A stretch of 64,000 bases of DNA from a virus. The DNA lies in IMG/VR virus record IMGVR_UViG_3300046167_000876. The stretch is one strand, 5' to 3'. The translations under genes were made by a program, and so were the position numbers. The notes under the pieces are model-generated. The model searched no databases. It saw nothing but the letters and a program-made list of their open reading frames with translations, and had not been told where the DNA came from. Shown piece by piece: positions 33,069 to 42,428 of the stretch (the stretch's first letter is position 1; every line of letters begins with the position of its first letter).

Positions 33069-33539
33069 ATGACTAAAGCAGAATTAAGAGAAAAAATTAA
33101 AACATTAGCAGTACAAGTTATGGCTGAAAAAGCTAAAACTGATGATGCTGCCTTAGCTTATGATGAGTTAGTTAAATTCCCAGCTTTAAAAGATATTATA
33201 GTGGATCTATTAACTGATCAATTTGATTCATTTTTAGAATCAGTTGATTGGGTAGCTCCACGTCCTACAACTTTTCGTATAAATTTGTTGAATGGGCAAA
33301 ATTTCTTACTTATGTTTACGGACAGAAGTTGGATAGGACAAGTACAAGGAAAAAAATATTATTTACTAAACCTCGATGAGGAAGAAAGATGTGCTCTAGC
33401 GATTAACAGACTTCTAAGAGTAGGACCCGCTAGTGGTGCTGAAATGGAGGGAGAAGCAAGTGAAACTGATACAACAACAGACACAGCTGATACCAAAGTT
33501 GAAGATGAAGTAGATGTTAACGTGGACGTAGAAGCATAA
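33069..33539 (+). CDS. Hypothetical protein with acidic C-terminal VEDEVDVNVDVEA tail
   Basis: 156-aa ORF in the operon. Confidence 0.55.
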   Translation: MTKAELREKIKTLAVQVMAEKAKTDDAALAYDELVKFPALKDIIVDLLTDQFDSFLESVDWVAPRPTTFRINLLNGQNFLLMFTDRSWIGQVQGKKYYLLNLDEEERCALAINRLLRVGPASGAEMEGEASETDTTTDTADTKVEDEVDVNVDVEA

Positions 33540-33556
33540 AATAAAATATAAATAAA

Positions 33557-33958
33557 ATGGATAATTTCGATTTAAGAAAATATTTAGCTGAAGGTAGGCT
33601 ATTAAAAGAAGACATCACTAAGCTAAGAGGGCAAGAATTACTTGATCTATTTAGTTTTACTAAATACATGAATGTTGATGTAGAAGAATTAGAAACCGAA
33701 TTTATAGAAGCTATTAATGGTGGATGGTTTACTGATCCTTCAAACTTTGAAGAAGAAAAAAAAGACTTTACATATGAAAGTGGAGACAGATTTTTAGATA
33801 CTAATGAAGATAAAATGTCAGAATATTTAGGATTTAAAATTGATACTTCTCGTATGATTGATGATTATACTATGGGGGATCCAATGGGAGTAGAATTTGT
33901 ACATTCTGATGAAGATTTTGAAGGTTGGATGGATGAAGTAGGTTCATTTTGGGATTAA
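33557..33958 (+). CDS. Acidic protein with MDNFDLRKYLAEGRLLKE leader (putative capsid-targeted internal protein)
   Basis: Leader nearly identical to those at 37090, 37702 and 38331. Confidence 0.65.
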   Translation: MDNFDLRKYLAEGRLLKEDITKLRGQELLDLFSFTKYMNVDVEELETEFIEAINGGWFTDPSNFEEEKKDFTYESGDRFLDTNEDKMSEYLGFKIDTSRMIDDYTMGDPMGVEFVHSDEDFEGWMDEVGSFWD

Positions 33959-33972
33959 AATAAAATAAAATA

Positions 33973-35536
33973 ATGAGTATATTCGATAAATTTTTTACAA
34001 AATTTGCTTATAAATTTGACAAAGGATATCCTGACATGAATAATGATCAGGATGTTTTGTTATTAGAGACATTATTAGACCAATTAATTTTATTAGAATT
34101 TGAAGATAAAGGTAATATTCCAGATGATATAGAACAAATTAGATCTTCAATTAATACCCACCCCGAATATAAAGATAAAGTTGAGGCTGTTCAAATGGAC
34201 ACTAAGACAAATGTTTTTATATACATAAAAGGTGTTTCTGGAACTGTTAGAGCAGCTAGAACAGCAGTAATGAAGGATTTACAGGACAAAGGATTATTAC
34301 CCAAGGGTGAAATAAATGATGAAGGCTCACCATATTTAAAAACTGGTGATTATAAAATTTATATAAAGGGAGCAGGAAAAGATAAATATGCTACAAATAC
34401 TGATCAAAAAGAAGGTTTAGTAGTAATATTTTACAATGCCCTAAAACAAGGTTGGAACAAAAAACAAGACCCATTTAATAAAGATAATATGTCATCCCTA
34501 CTATCAGATTTAGTATCTTTAGAGGGTAACATATATGATGGATTAGGTTCAAAAGCAAAGGGTCAAGTTAAAATATATTTAGAAAGATTTGATGACGAAT
34601 CTTCAAGCAGTAAAGGGGCACAAGTTATATTAAATGATAATCTATCATCTGCCTTAAGAATATTTGAAGATTACCCTGAAGGAGAAATGATGAGGGGTGA
34701 AACTTTTGATAGAATAAAATCCCAACAATCCCAAAAAGCAGGTTTAAAAGCAGATAAAGTAAACCCTGGTGATATCTTTTTAAAAGTTGGTGATATTTCT
34801 ATACCCCCAACAGATGAAGTTGATGTAACAGGGTTAGAAGAACTTAATAAGATATTTGTTAATAAATGGGGGGATAAACCTGGTTTAGTAGCAATTTCTT
34901 TAAAAGGAGAAAAAGCACAAGCCGGTAAAGCCAAATCTTATTTAAATAAATTTAAACCAAAAGAAGTAGAAGGACAAGTACCAGACATATATAATTTATC
35001 AGATGAAGAAATAGGTTACTCTGATGACCAATTTGATAGTGCTATTGACCAATATAAAAAATCTACAATAGAAAAAATAGGTAGTAGTGAATTTATAGAT
35101 TATAAACAGGGTAAAAACCCCTTCAACAACTAATCGAAAGAAATTTAAATTAGCTGCTTATAAGGCTTTAGATTATTTATTTAGACATTTAAAGAATGAA
35201 GGAGCATTAACACCTGCTCAAGGTTTAGTCAAAATGACAGCCTTTGGTATGTCTATCACCGATGTTAACCCAACATTTTTTAAACTTATAGGTAAAAGTA
35301 ATGGGTCAATGGCACCAGTTCCTGAAAGAACACCAGCAGGGGCAACCGCCCAATTAACCCCAGGAACTAAAATAACAATACAAGATGATTCTACTTATGG
35401 TGGTTTAAAGATAAACATATCCGTTGATATATTAGAAGGTGCTGAAGTATATTCTCAATATGATTTAGAATTAGTGATGAGAAGTAATGGTAATAAACAA
35501 AACACTATTGAAATCCAAAAATCAACTAAAAAATAA
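33973..35536 (+). CDS. Hypothetical protein (~520 aa) split by an indel in the A5C4 run at 35113-35121
   Basis: Removing one base gives GKTPSTTNRKKFKLAAYKALDYLF..GLVKMTAFG, joining ORFs 33973 and 35234. A PGDIFL..ISLK segment loosely resembles a PD-(D/E)XK core. Confidence 0.55.
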
Positions 35537-35544
35537 TATTTATA
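35536..35544 (+). promoter_or_regulatory. Putative late promoter ATATTTATA
   Basis: 10 nt upstream of ATG 35555. Confidence 0.65.
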
Positions 35545-35554
35545 ATAAAACAAT

Positions 35555-36847
35555 ATGTGTAACTGCGGATGTAATACTTGTGAAACAAAAGGACCTTTAT
35601 TAACAGAAGGTAAAGTTAAATCTTTACTATCTGAAGGTCTTCAATATCACATAGATAAAAAAATACCATTATTTGAAACAGTATATCGTATTGGTTCAGA
35701 AAAACATCTATCTTTAATTAAAGAAGCTAGAAAAATGTATTCACGTAATATAATCGATTTATGTGAGGAAGATGAAGCATTGATTGGTACAAATTTAGGT
35801 GAATTTGCTTTATATGAAGGCGAATCTGTACCATTAGATTTACCTATGTTAAATGAATCAGATTCTAACTACCCAGATTTTGATTTAAATAAAAACATAA
35901 GATACCAAGATACATCTATTTCAAGCGGAATGTGGAGATATACAGGTAAAGAACAAGGTGGAAAAGGTGTTTATAGAAATTTAAATAATGGTCAAATATT
36001 AGGCTTTGATAGAAGTGATTTTGATATATTTAGAAACAATCTTAGTAGCCATTTTGACATTTCAGAATCAATTAATGAAGATATATACGATAAATTTTTA
36101 GATAATCCATCTTCACCAAAGGGTAGAGCGAAATCATTAATATTAAAGTTTACAAAAGAATATGGAGATGATGCTTCATCAATGGCTGTAGATAGATTCG
36201 CTAGTAAAAACAACCTAAAACCTGAAGAAAAGTACATATTAAAATATATTACTAAAAACGATATTAAAATATCTTCACAACCAGGAGGACCAGATTTCTC
36301 GGCATTAAATGAAAGTCAAGCAATAATTACTTTCAAAAATGATTATGAAGTTAAAATGAATACCGGTGAAGGGTATGACGATGACTTTGAATATTTTGAA
36401 GCGGGTGAAAGAGAGCAAGTTTATATCTTAGATAAAAATGATAAAAGAGTGCATGTTGAATTTGGTGACGGAACTAATGCTTATATTCCAACAAGTTTAA
36501 TATCAATTCAAGATAAATTATTAAATGAAGATGAGCAATTAGACGAAAAGAAAAAGGCTAAGAAAAAAGAAAAAAAAGACCCACCATTAAATAAACCAAA
36601 ACGTGGTGGTTCAAAAGCATATTATGTTTATGTACGTGATCCTAAAACTAAAAAGATTAAAAAAGTATCATTTGGATCAGGTGGTTTAAGAGCTAAAATT
36701 AAAAACAAAGAAGCTCGTACTGCATTTGCCGCTAGACATAATTGTAAAAATAAAAAAGATAGAACTAAAGCAGGATATTGGTCATGTAATTTACCAAGAT
36801 ACGCTCCAGCATTAGGATTAGGTGCTAAAATGAATACTTTCTGGTAA
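35555..36847 (+). CDS. Modular putative internal head polyprotein: N-terminal MCNCGCNTC, C-terminal basic KKVSFG..FAARHNC..AGYWSC domain
   Basis: Junctions LLTE|, LLSE|, MLNE|, SINE|, ALNE|, LLNE|, QLDE|. Confidence 0.6.
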   Translation: MCNCGCNTCETKGPLLTEGKVKSLLSEGLQYHIDKKIPLFETVYRIGSEKHLSLIKEARKMYSRNIIDLCEEDEALIGTNLGEFALYEGESVPLDLPMLNESDSNYPDFDLNKNIRYQDTSISSGMWRYTGKEQGGKGVYRNLNNGQILGFDRSDFDIFRNNLSSHFDISESINEDIYDKFLDNPSSPKGRAKSLILKFTKEYGDDASSMAVDRFASKNNLKPEEKYILKYITKNDIKISSQPGGPDFSALNESQAIITFKNDYEVKMNTGEGYDDDFEYFEAGEREQVYILDKNDKRVHVEFGDGTNAYIPTSLISIQDKLLNEDEQLDEKKKAKKKEKKDPPLNKPKRGGSKAYYVYVRDPKTKKIKKVSFGSGGLRAKIKNKEARTAFAARHNCKNKKDRTKAGYWSCNLPRYAPALGLGAKMNTFW

Positions 36848-36848
36848 A

Positions 36849-37097
36849 ATGGATCCATACGTAAATAAAGGTAACATAAGAACGTTTTCGAAAGATGTAA
36901 ATAAACTAGAACTAGTTTGGCATCAAGACTCTGAAGATAGAGATATCGAAGTATTAGAAGGTAAAGGATGGGAATTACAAATGGATAACGAATTACCCTT
37001 TGAATTAGTAAAGGGAGATCGTATATTTATAACAGAAGGTAGAATACACCGAATATTAAAAGGTACTACTGATTTAAAAATAAAAATAAATGGATAA
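36849..37097 (+). CDS. Small cupin-fold protein
   Basis: WHQD.EDR.I.VLEG.GW..GDRIFITEGRIHRI. Confidence 0.6.
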   Translation: MDPYVNKGNIRTFSKDVNKLELVWHQDSEDRDIEVLEGKGWELQMDNELPFELVKGDRIFITEGRIHRILKGTTDLKIKING

Positions 37098-37695
37098 TTT
37101 TGATTTAAAAAAATATTTAGCTGAAGGTAAATTATATGAAACAATTAATCTTGATATAGAAGATGATATAGCATACCTAAGTGGAGATTCAGGTGAATAC
37201 GAAGGTGAAATTGAAGATGGAAAGACATCTTTTTCTGTTATATATGATGATTTAGATTATAGAATATCAGATAGATATGATGAAAGTAATATTGAAGATT
37301 TTTTAGGTAGAGGTCATGCATTTGTAGAATTAGCTAAAAAATATGACCATAATTGGGATGTTGAACGTGATTTAGTTGGTATAACAATAAAATTAAAAGA
37401 TTTAGCTGAAGGTAGACTAGAAAAAGAAATGGGTGATAATAGACCTCCTGAGAGGTTAAAATTAGATCCTGACTATGATAAAGGTGGTAAATACTATAGT
37501 GAAGAAGGTGCTGAAGCTTTTAGAATCCAACCTTTTAAAGTAAACGATATTGAATATACTCAAGACCAAGCAGTTAGACAAGGTAAATATATTGTAGGAT
37601 TAGAAGGTGAAGAACTAAAAAAATTTATTTCTGATTACATGGCAGCATGGAAAGAAGATGTAGGAGATACACCTGAAGGAAAAACTTTTAAATAA
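37090..37695 (+). CDS. Acidic protein with MDNFDLKKYLAEGKLYE leader and an internal LAEGRLEKE
   Basis: Shared leader. Confidence 0.65.
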   Translation: MDNFDLKKYLAEGKLYETINLDIEDDIAYLSGDSGEYEGEIEDGKTSFSVIYDDLDYRISDRYDESNIEDFLGRGHAFVELAKKYDHNWDVERDLVGITIKLKDLAEGRLEKEMGDNRPPERLKLDPDYDKGGKYYSEEGAEAFRIQPFKVNDIEYTQDQAVRQGKYIVGLEGEELKKFISDYMAAWKEDVGDTPEGKTFK

Positions 37696-37701
37696 AAAAA
37701 A

Positions 37702-38301
37702 ATGGATAACTTTGATTTAAAAAAATATTTAGCTGAAGGAAGACTATTTGAAGAAGATTTTAAAAATCCAATTCTAGATAAATATTTAGAACTAAAAAAA
37801 TCAATAGATAACAATACAGCTTTTGAATATGAACTATCAGATTTTATTAATGATTTAGATAATACTGAACGTGAGGGATTAGAAAGCGATTTAGGATTAG
37901 AAAGAGATGAGTTATATGAAGGTAAGCTCTTTGAACAAGAAAGATATAAAAAAGTAGAGGATGATGCGCAAGATGGTACCTTTTATGTTTCCGGATATGA
38001 TATGGAAAATGAAAGGGACATTGAGGATTATTTTGTTGATCTTGATTATGGTAAATATAAATCTGCTACTCAAGAATTATTAGATCTTGCTATGGAACAA
38101 GGACACGAGTATGAAAGTATAGAAGATTATTACGAATATGTTGAAGGATTTGAAAATGATCTAAAAGATTATGCTGAAGGTGAAGAAGTACCTGATTGGA
38201 AGATGAATGATCTAGCTATGCGTTATGGAACTGATTATAGTCAATTTTACGGTGAAGAAGAAGATGAAGACTATGAAGAAGAAGAATATGAAGATTATTA
38301 A
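37702..38301 (+). CDS. Highly acidic protein with MDNFDLKKYLAEGRLFEE leader and an internal LYEGKLFEQE
   Basis: Shared leader; C-terminus GEEEDEDYEEEEYEDY. Confidence 0.65.
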   Translation: MDNFDLKKYLAEGRLFEEDFKNPILDKYLELKKSIDNNTAFEYELSDFINDLDNTEREGLESDLGLERDELYEGKLFEQERYKKVEDDAQDGTFYVSGYDMENERDIEDYFVDLDYGKYKSATQELLDLAMEQGHEYESIEDYYEYVEGFENDLKDYAEGEEVPDWKMNDLAMRYGTDYSQFYGEEEDEDYEEEEYEDY

Positions 38302-38330
38302 AAATAAAAATATAATAAAAATAAAATAAA

Positions 38331-38639
38331 ATGGATAATTTCGATTTAAAAAAATATTTAGCTGAAGGTAAGCTATTAAAAGAAGAAGTTGAAAAAATAA
38401 GCAACGAAAAGTTTACTATTATTTATGATGCTAATGATATGACAGAGTATGAAGTATTCAATAAATTACTCTCTGATGATGAAGCTGAAGCTGCTGAAGA
38501 AGATTTTAAAATCTTAGATGATGATATGGAAACATTTGTTTTAGATTCTGAAACCCCAGCTAGCGAAATTTTAGACTATGCTTCTTCACAAGAAGAATTA
38601 GAAGATTATGGTTTAAGTAAATATTGGAAATTCAAATAA
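38331..38639 (+). CDS. Acidic protein with MDNFDLKKYLAEGKLLKE leader
   Basis: Shared leader; the first 56 nt differ from those at 33557 at two positions. Confidence 0.65.
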   Translation: MDNFDLKKYLAEGKLLKEEVEKISNEKFTIIYDANDMTEYEVFNKLLSDDEAEAAEEDFKILDDDMETFVLDSETPASEILDYASSQEELEDYGLSKYWKFK

Positions 38640-38640
38640 T

Positions 38641-38706
38641 ATGAATTGTAATTGTAAAGCATGTAATTGCGGAACATCATGTGGATGTGATTGCTGTAAT
38701 TGCTAA
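38641..38706 (+). CDS. Metallothionein-like micro-protein MNCNCKACNCGTSCGCDCCNC (21 aa, 9 Cys)
   Basis: Translated by hand; starts 1 nt after the upstream stop; CxC and CC arrangement. Confidence 0.65.
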   Translation: MNCNCKACNCGTSCGCDCCNC

Positions 38707-38765
38707 GATAAAAAACATATAGAACAGATTCATAGCCTGTTCGATTAAAATAAATTAAAGAGATC

Positions 38766-38789
38766 TGTGGCCTCCATTTGGAGGCCACA
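38766..38789. terminator. Perfect inverted repeat tgtggcctcca-tt-tggaggccaca (putative terminator or operator)
   Basis: 11-bp arms, GC-rich in an AT-rich background, at the end of the late block. Confidence 0.55.
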
Positions 38790-38806
38790 TTTAAGTTTCG
38801 TATATT
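38777..38806 (+). promoter_or_regulatory. Bacteroidota-type promoter TTTGG-N15-TTCGTATATT
   Basis: Exact consensus; upstream of 38831. Confidence 0.7.
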
Positions 38807-38830
38807 AACGTGTTAAAAATAAAAGTATAG

Positions 38831-40127
38831 ATGAGTAAAAACGTAGTAATGATTGGAGCAGGTGTAGCAAATGTAAATGCTGCTACTAAGCTAGTTGACA
38901 ATGGGTTTAAAGGTAAAATCACTATTATTGATATGGGTAAAGATCCATATTTAAGACCATATGAAGAGGTAATGACAGGTTTTCTAGGAGCAGGAGGTTG
39001 GTCTGATGGTAAACTAACTTATCATACTTCAATTGGAGGGCAATTATCTAAATATTGTGGTGAAGAAAAAGCAATGGAATTATTTGATCAGGTGATAGAT
39101 AATTTTAAACGTTTCCACCCTAAACCAGAAGAAGTACAATGTTCAAATCCAGTTGCGGAACCAGATTTTATTAAACCTTATTTTGGACTACGTTTATTCC
39201 CTGTATGGCATGTTGGTACTGATTACTTACACGAGATAGGTAAAAATTGGTATGACTTTTTAGTTGATGGTGGTGTTGAATTTATTTGGGAAACCAAAGT
39301 TACAGATATTGATTTTGATAATCAAGAAGTACATATTGGATTAGGAGACGATTGGATAGATTATGATGAACTTATATTTGGTGTAGGTAAATCAGGTATT
39401 GACTTTGGTAAACAATTAGCTGAAAAATATGAACTACCAACTGAACCAAAACCAGTTCAAATAGGTGTTAGATTTGAAGCACCACAAAAACACTTTTCAA
39501 AAATTAATTGATATAAGTTATGATTTTAAATTATATAGAAAATTTGAGGAAGCAGGAGTATCACTTCGTTCCTTTTGTACTAATAACAATGCAGCTTATG
39601 TAGGCTGTAGAAGAAACATACTGGTAATCCATTCATATAATGGTCACGCTAAAAAAGACGAAAATTTAGAAACGATATGACCTAATTTTGGTATATTAAT
39701 GGAAGTTAGAGGTATTGAAAAACCATTTGAATGGTCAAGAGATGTAGTAAATAAACTACAAAAAGATGGTACTGGATTATATTATAGTCCAACTAGAGAA
39801 CCATCAACAACATCAGAAGGTGTAAATGTATCAGCAATTAAAGTAGATACAATGCATGAAATAACTAAAGCGATGCAACCATATTTTTGGTATGTACTAG
39901 ATTTTATAGAAGATATGAAAAAGGTATTCCCAACACTTAAAGATGATTGGGGTATTTATGTACCTGAAGTAAAATATCTATCACCTGAGCCGCTTGTCGA
40001 TTATACCAATTTAGCACTTACTAAGTATCCTAATGTACACTTTGTAGGTGATGCTTTATCAGCTAGAGGTATAACGGTAAGTGGTGCACAAGGAACATAT
40101 GTTGCTGAATCACTTTTGGAGAATTAA
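38831..40127 (+). CDS. FAD-dependent oxidoreductase (uncharacterised FAD-dependent dehydrogenase type), split by indels near 39495 and 39600-39685
   Basis: IGAGVAN Rossmann motif, GAGGWSDGKL, IGVRFE, RSFCTN, NGHA, VPEVKY, FVGDA..RGI..SGAQG. Confidence 0.8.
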
Positions 40128-40144
40128 AATATATTTCGTATATT
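40115..40144 (+). promoter_or_regulatory. Bacteroidota-type promoter TTTGG-N15-TTCGTATATT
   Basis: Exact consensus; upstream of 40162. Confidence 0.7.
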
Positions 40145-40161
40145 TAAAATAAACAAAAATT

Positions 40162-40428
40162 ATGAAAAAATCAGAAAAGACACCATTTCCTCAAAGTAAA
40201 AGATTAAAAAAATTAGATGGCACTATTGCCTATGTATGGGATAACAAACTTCATAATTGGGAAGGACATGCCCTAATTCCTGAAGGTAAAGAAAAATTAG
40301 GTGAATATCATTTATATGGTATCAAACACACCAAAGAAGAATGGAATGAAGCGAGACAACAAAGAGAAGGATTACCTTATTATAAAAATCAATCAATGAA
40401 AGCACACCTTTCAGATTATAGAAACTAA
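40162..40428 (+). CDS. Hypothetical protein (LHNWEGHALI..EYHLYG repeat-like motif)
   Basis: 88-aa ORF after a promoter. Confidence 0.55.
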   Translation: MKKSEKTPFPQSKRLKKLDGTIAYVWDNKLHNWEGHALIPEGKEKLGEYHLYGIKHTKEEWNEARQQREGLPYYKNQSMKAHLSDYRN

Positions 40429-40431
40429 GAT

Positions 40432-40962
40432 ATGAAAATAGGTTTATGTGGTACAATGAGTGTAGGTAAAACTACATTAGTAAATGCTTTAAAAGAAACA
40501 AAGCAATTTAAAGATTATATGTTTAGAACAGAGCGTTCTAAATATTTGATGGAGCAAGGTATTCCACTCAATACAGATTCAACATTAAAAGGTCAAACTA
40601 TATTTCTAGCTGAACGTTGTGCTGAATTAATCCAAACAGATATTATTACAGATAGAACAGTTCTTGATGTGATGGCATTTACTTTAAATGCAAAATCAAT
40701 ACCTCACCAGGATAAAGAAGCATTTGAAACATATGCTAGTGAATTTGTTAGAGAATATGATTATATTTTTTACATATCTCCTTATGGGATAGACATTGAA
40801 GATAATGGAGTACGTGAAACAGATGAACATTATAGAGATTTAATTGATTTTACTATTACCACACTTATTAAAAGACACGGTCATAAAGCAGGTAAAATAG
40901 AAAAGATATCTGGATCTACAGAGGAACGTATTCAACAAATATTAAATATTACAGACCTTTAA
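40432..40962 (+). CDS. NadR/AAA_28-type P-loop kinase (possible dNMP kinase)
   Basis: GTMSVGKTT, ITDRTVLD, YDYIFY, EDNGVR. Confidence 0.8.
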   Translation: MKIGLCGTMSVGKTTLVNALKETKQFKDYMFRTERSKYLMEQGIPLNTDSTLKGQTIFLAERCAELIQTDIITDRTVLDVMAFTLNAKSIPHQDKEAFETYASEFVREYDYIFYISPYGIDIEDNGVRETDEHYRDLIDFTITTLIKRHGHKAGKIEKISGSTEERIQQILNITDL

Positions 40963-40963
40963 C

Positions 40964-40972
40964 ATATTTATA
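40964..40972 (+). promoter_or_regulatory. Putative late promoter ATATTTATA
   Basis: 16 nt upstream of ATG 40989. Confidence 0.65.
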
Positions 40973-40988
40973 ATAAAACCTTATTATA

Positions 40989-41756
40989 ATGAAAAAATCT
41001 GAATTAAAAAATTATATCAGAGAAAATATTATCTCTACATTATCTGAAGATACTGAGGCAGAAATTGAAAAAACTAAAGAATTAACCTCAGCAATCAAAG
41101 ATCTTGAAGCTGCTAAAAAAGAAGCGGGTATAGAAGAAGATGCAACACCAAAAGGTGAAGACTTTTTTTATGATTATTTAGATATTGGCATGTCTTATTT
41201 AGAAGGATTTGGTAAAAAACATTCTTTAGATGATAGTCAGTTAGAAAAACTAGGTAAAAAAATAGTAGACCAATTATATAAAGGTGATGTTGGTAAAGCA
41301 TATGATGCCATTGTTAAAAGAGGTGTAATGAAAGAAGATAAAGGTGGGAATTTTGCTGAATTAAAAAAACACCAAAAAATGCTTAGGGATGCTTCTTTAT
41401 TTTATATAAATAAGGCAGAAAATTTAGGTATTGAAAATGTTAATAATTTAATACAAGCATTTAATAAAGGAGTAAATGGTTTAGAAGATGCTATTTTTAA
41501 AGCTGACTATAAAAGAACAGATGGTAAAATAGACGAAAATGAAGATAAAGAACCATCTAAATCTGATATTAAAAAAACAAAAGGTTTAGCTAAAGCAAAA
41601 GAAGAATTAGCTTTATTAACTCGTGAAATGAAGTCCTTAGCTAAAAAATATTCTAAAGCTGAAGGTGAAGAAAAAGAAAAATTAGTTAAAACTTTAAAAA
41701 AGAAAACTAAATTAAAAAAAGAACTAGAAAGTATTCTAGATAAAAAGAAAATATAA
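40989..41756 (+). CDS. Modular putative internal head protein (leader MKKSELKNYIRENIISTLSE)
   Basis: Junctions TLSE|, GIEE|, VMKE|, KIDE|. Confidence 0.5.
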   Translation: MKKSELKNYIRENIISTLSEDTEAEIEKTKELTSAIKDLEAAKKEAGIEEDATPKGEDFFYDYLDIGMSYLEGFGKKHSLDDSQLEKLGKKIVDQLYKGDVGKAYDAIVKRGVMKEDKGGNFAELKKHQKMLRDASLFYINKAENLGIENVNNLIQAFNKGVNGLEDAIFKADYKRTDGKIDENEDKEPSKSDIKKTKGLAKAKEELALLTREMKSLAKKYSKAEGEEKEKLVKTLKKKTKLKKELESILDKKKI

Positions 41757-42139
41757 TGTCATCTAAGGAAAGGTTTTTATATATTGCTATAGTATTTTTT
41801 GGAGCTTACTATTTAATTAGTATGTACTCTTCAAATGAAGAAGAATATATAAATGAATATAACAGTAAAATAGAAGCATTAGAAGATAAAATTAATTCCT
41901 TACATAGTATAAATGAGGAATTAACATTAGAAATTGATACATTAAATGGTCAAATAACTAAATTAGACCAAGAAATTAGTAAACAAGATAGTAAAATAGT
42001 TACATTAAAAAGACAAACAAATGAGAAAGTTAATAATGTTGATTCTTTTGGGGATGATGAGCTTGAACAGTTTTTCACAGAACGTTATAGACAGTACCTC
42101 GATTCAATTAAAAAAACCAATAGCCAGATTAGTAATTAA
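41756..42139 (+). CDS. N-terminal TM plus coiled-coil protein (i-spanin-like)
   Basis: FLYIAIVFFGAYYLI helix followed by heptad repeats. Confidence 0.5.
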   Translation: MSSKERFLYIAIVFFGAYYLISMYSSNEEEYINEYNSKIEALEDKINSLHSINEELTLEIDTLNGQITKLDQEISKQDSKIVTLKRQTNEKVNNVDSFGDDELEQFFTERYRQYLDSIKKTNSQISN

Positions 42140-42425
42140 AGATTTAATAACTGGAGATAGTTTTAAAAAAGAATTAAGTTTAATAACAACAAAATACTCT
42201 TTATTAGAAAATAAAGTTATATTAAAAGATAGTGTTATAAATAATCTTAATTTTCAAATTAATAATTTTAATTCTATTTTAGCTACTAAAAGTTCTCAAA
42301 TAGAATTTACTGAAAGTTTAAATAAAAAACTTAAACTAGAATTAAAAAAGCAAAAACTAAAAACTAAACTTTTAGGAGGAGCAGGATTAATTACAATTGG
42401 TGGTGTAATTTTACTATTAAAATAA
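42021..42425 (+). CDS. Signal peptide, coiled coil and C-terminal TM protein overlapping the previous gene (spanin partner candidate)
   Basis: MRKLIMLILLGMMSLNSFSQ signal peptide; LLGGAGLITIGGVILLLK tail; 119-nt overlap. Confidence 0.45.
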   Translation: MRKLIMLILLGMMSLNSFSQNVIDSTSIQLKKPIARLVIKDLITGDSFKKELSLITTKYSLLENKVILKDSVINNLNFQINNFNSILATKSSQIEFTESLNKKLKLELKKQKLKTKLLGGAGLITIGGVILLLK

Positions 42426-42428
42426 CTT

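Noticed and set aside
33557-38386. The ~50-bp MDNF repeats as CRISPR repeats or attC sites
   Set aside because: They are coding 5' ends, not palindromic, irregularly spaced by whole genes, with no cas or integrase gene nearby.
38831-40127. Three separate genes or a true pseudogene
   Set aside because: The fragments form one collinear FAD-oxidoreductase with intact motifs; indels look like errors.
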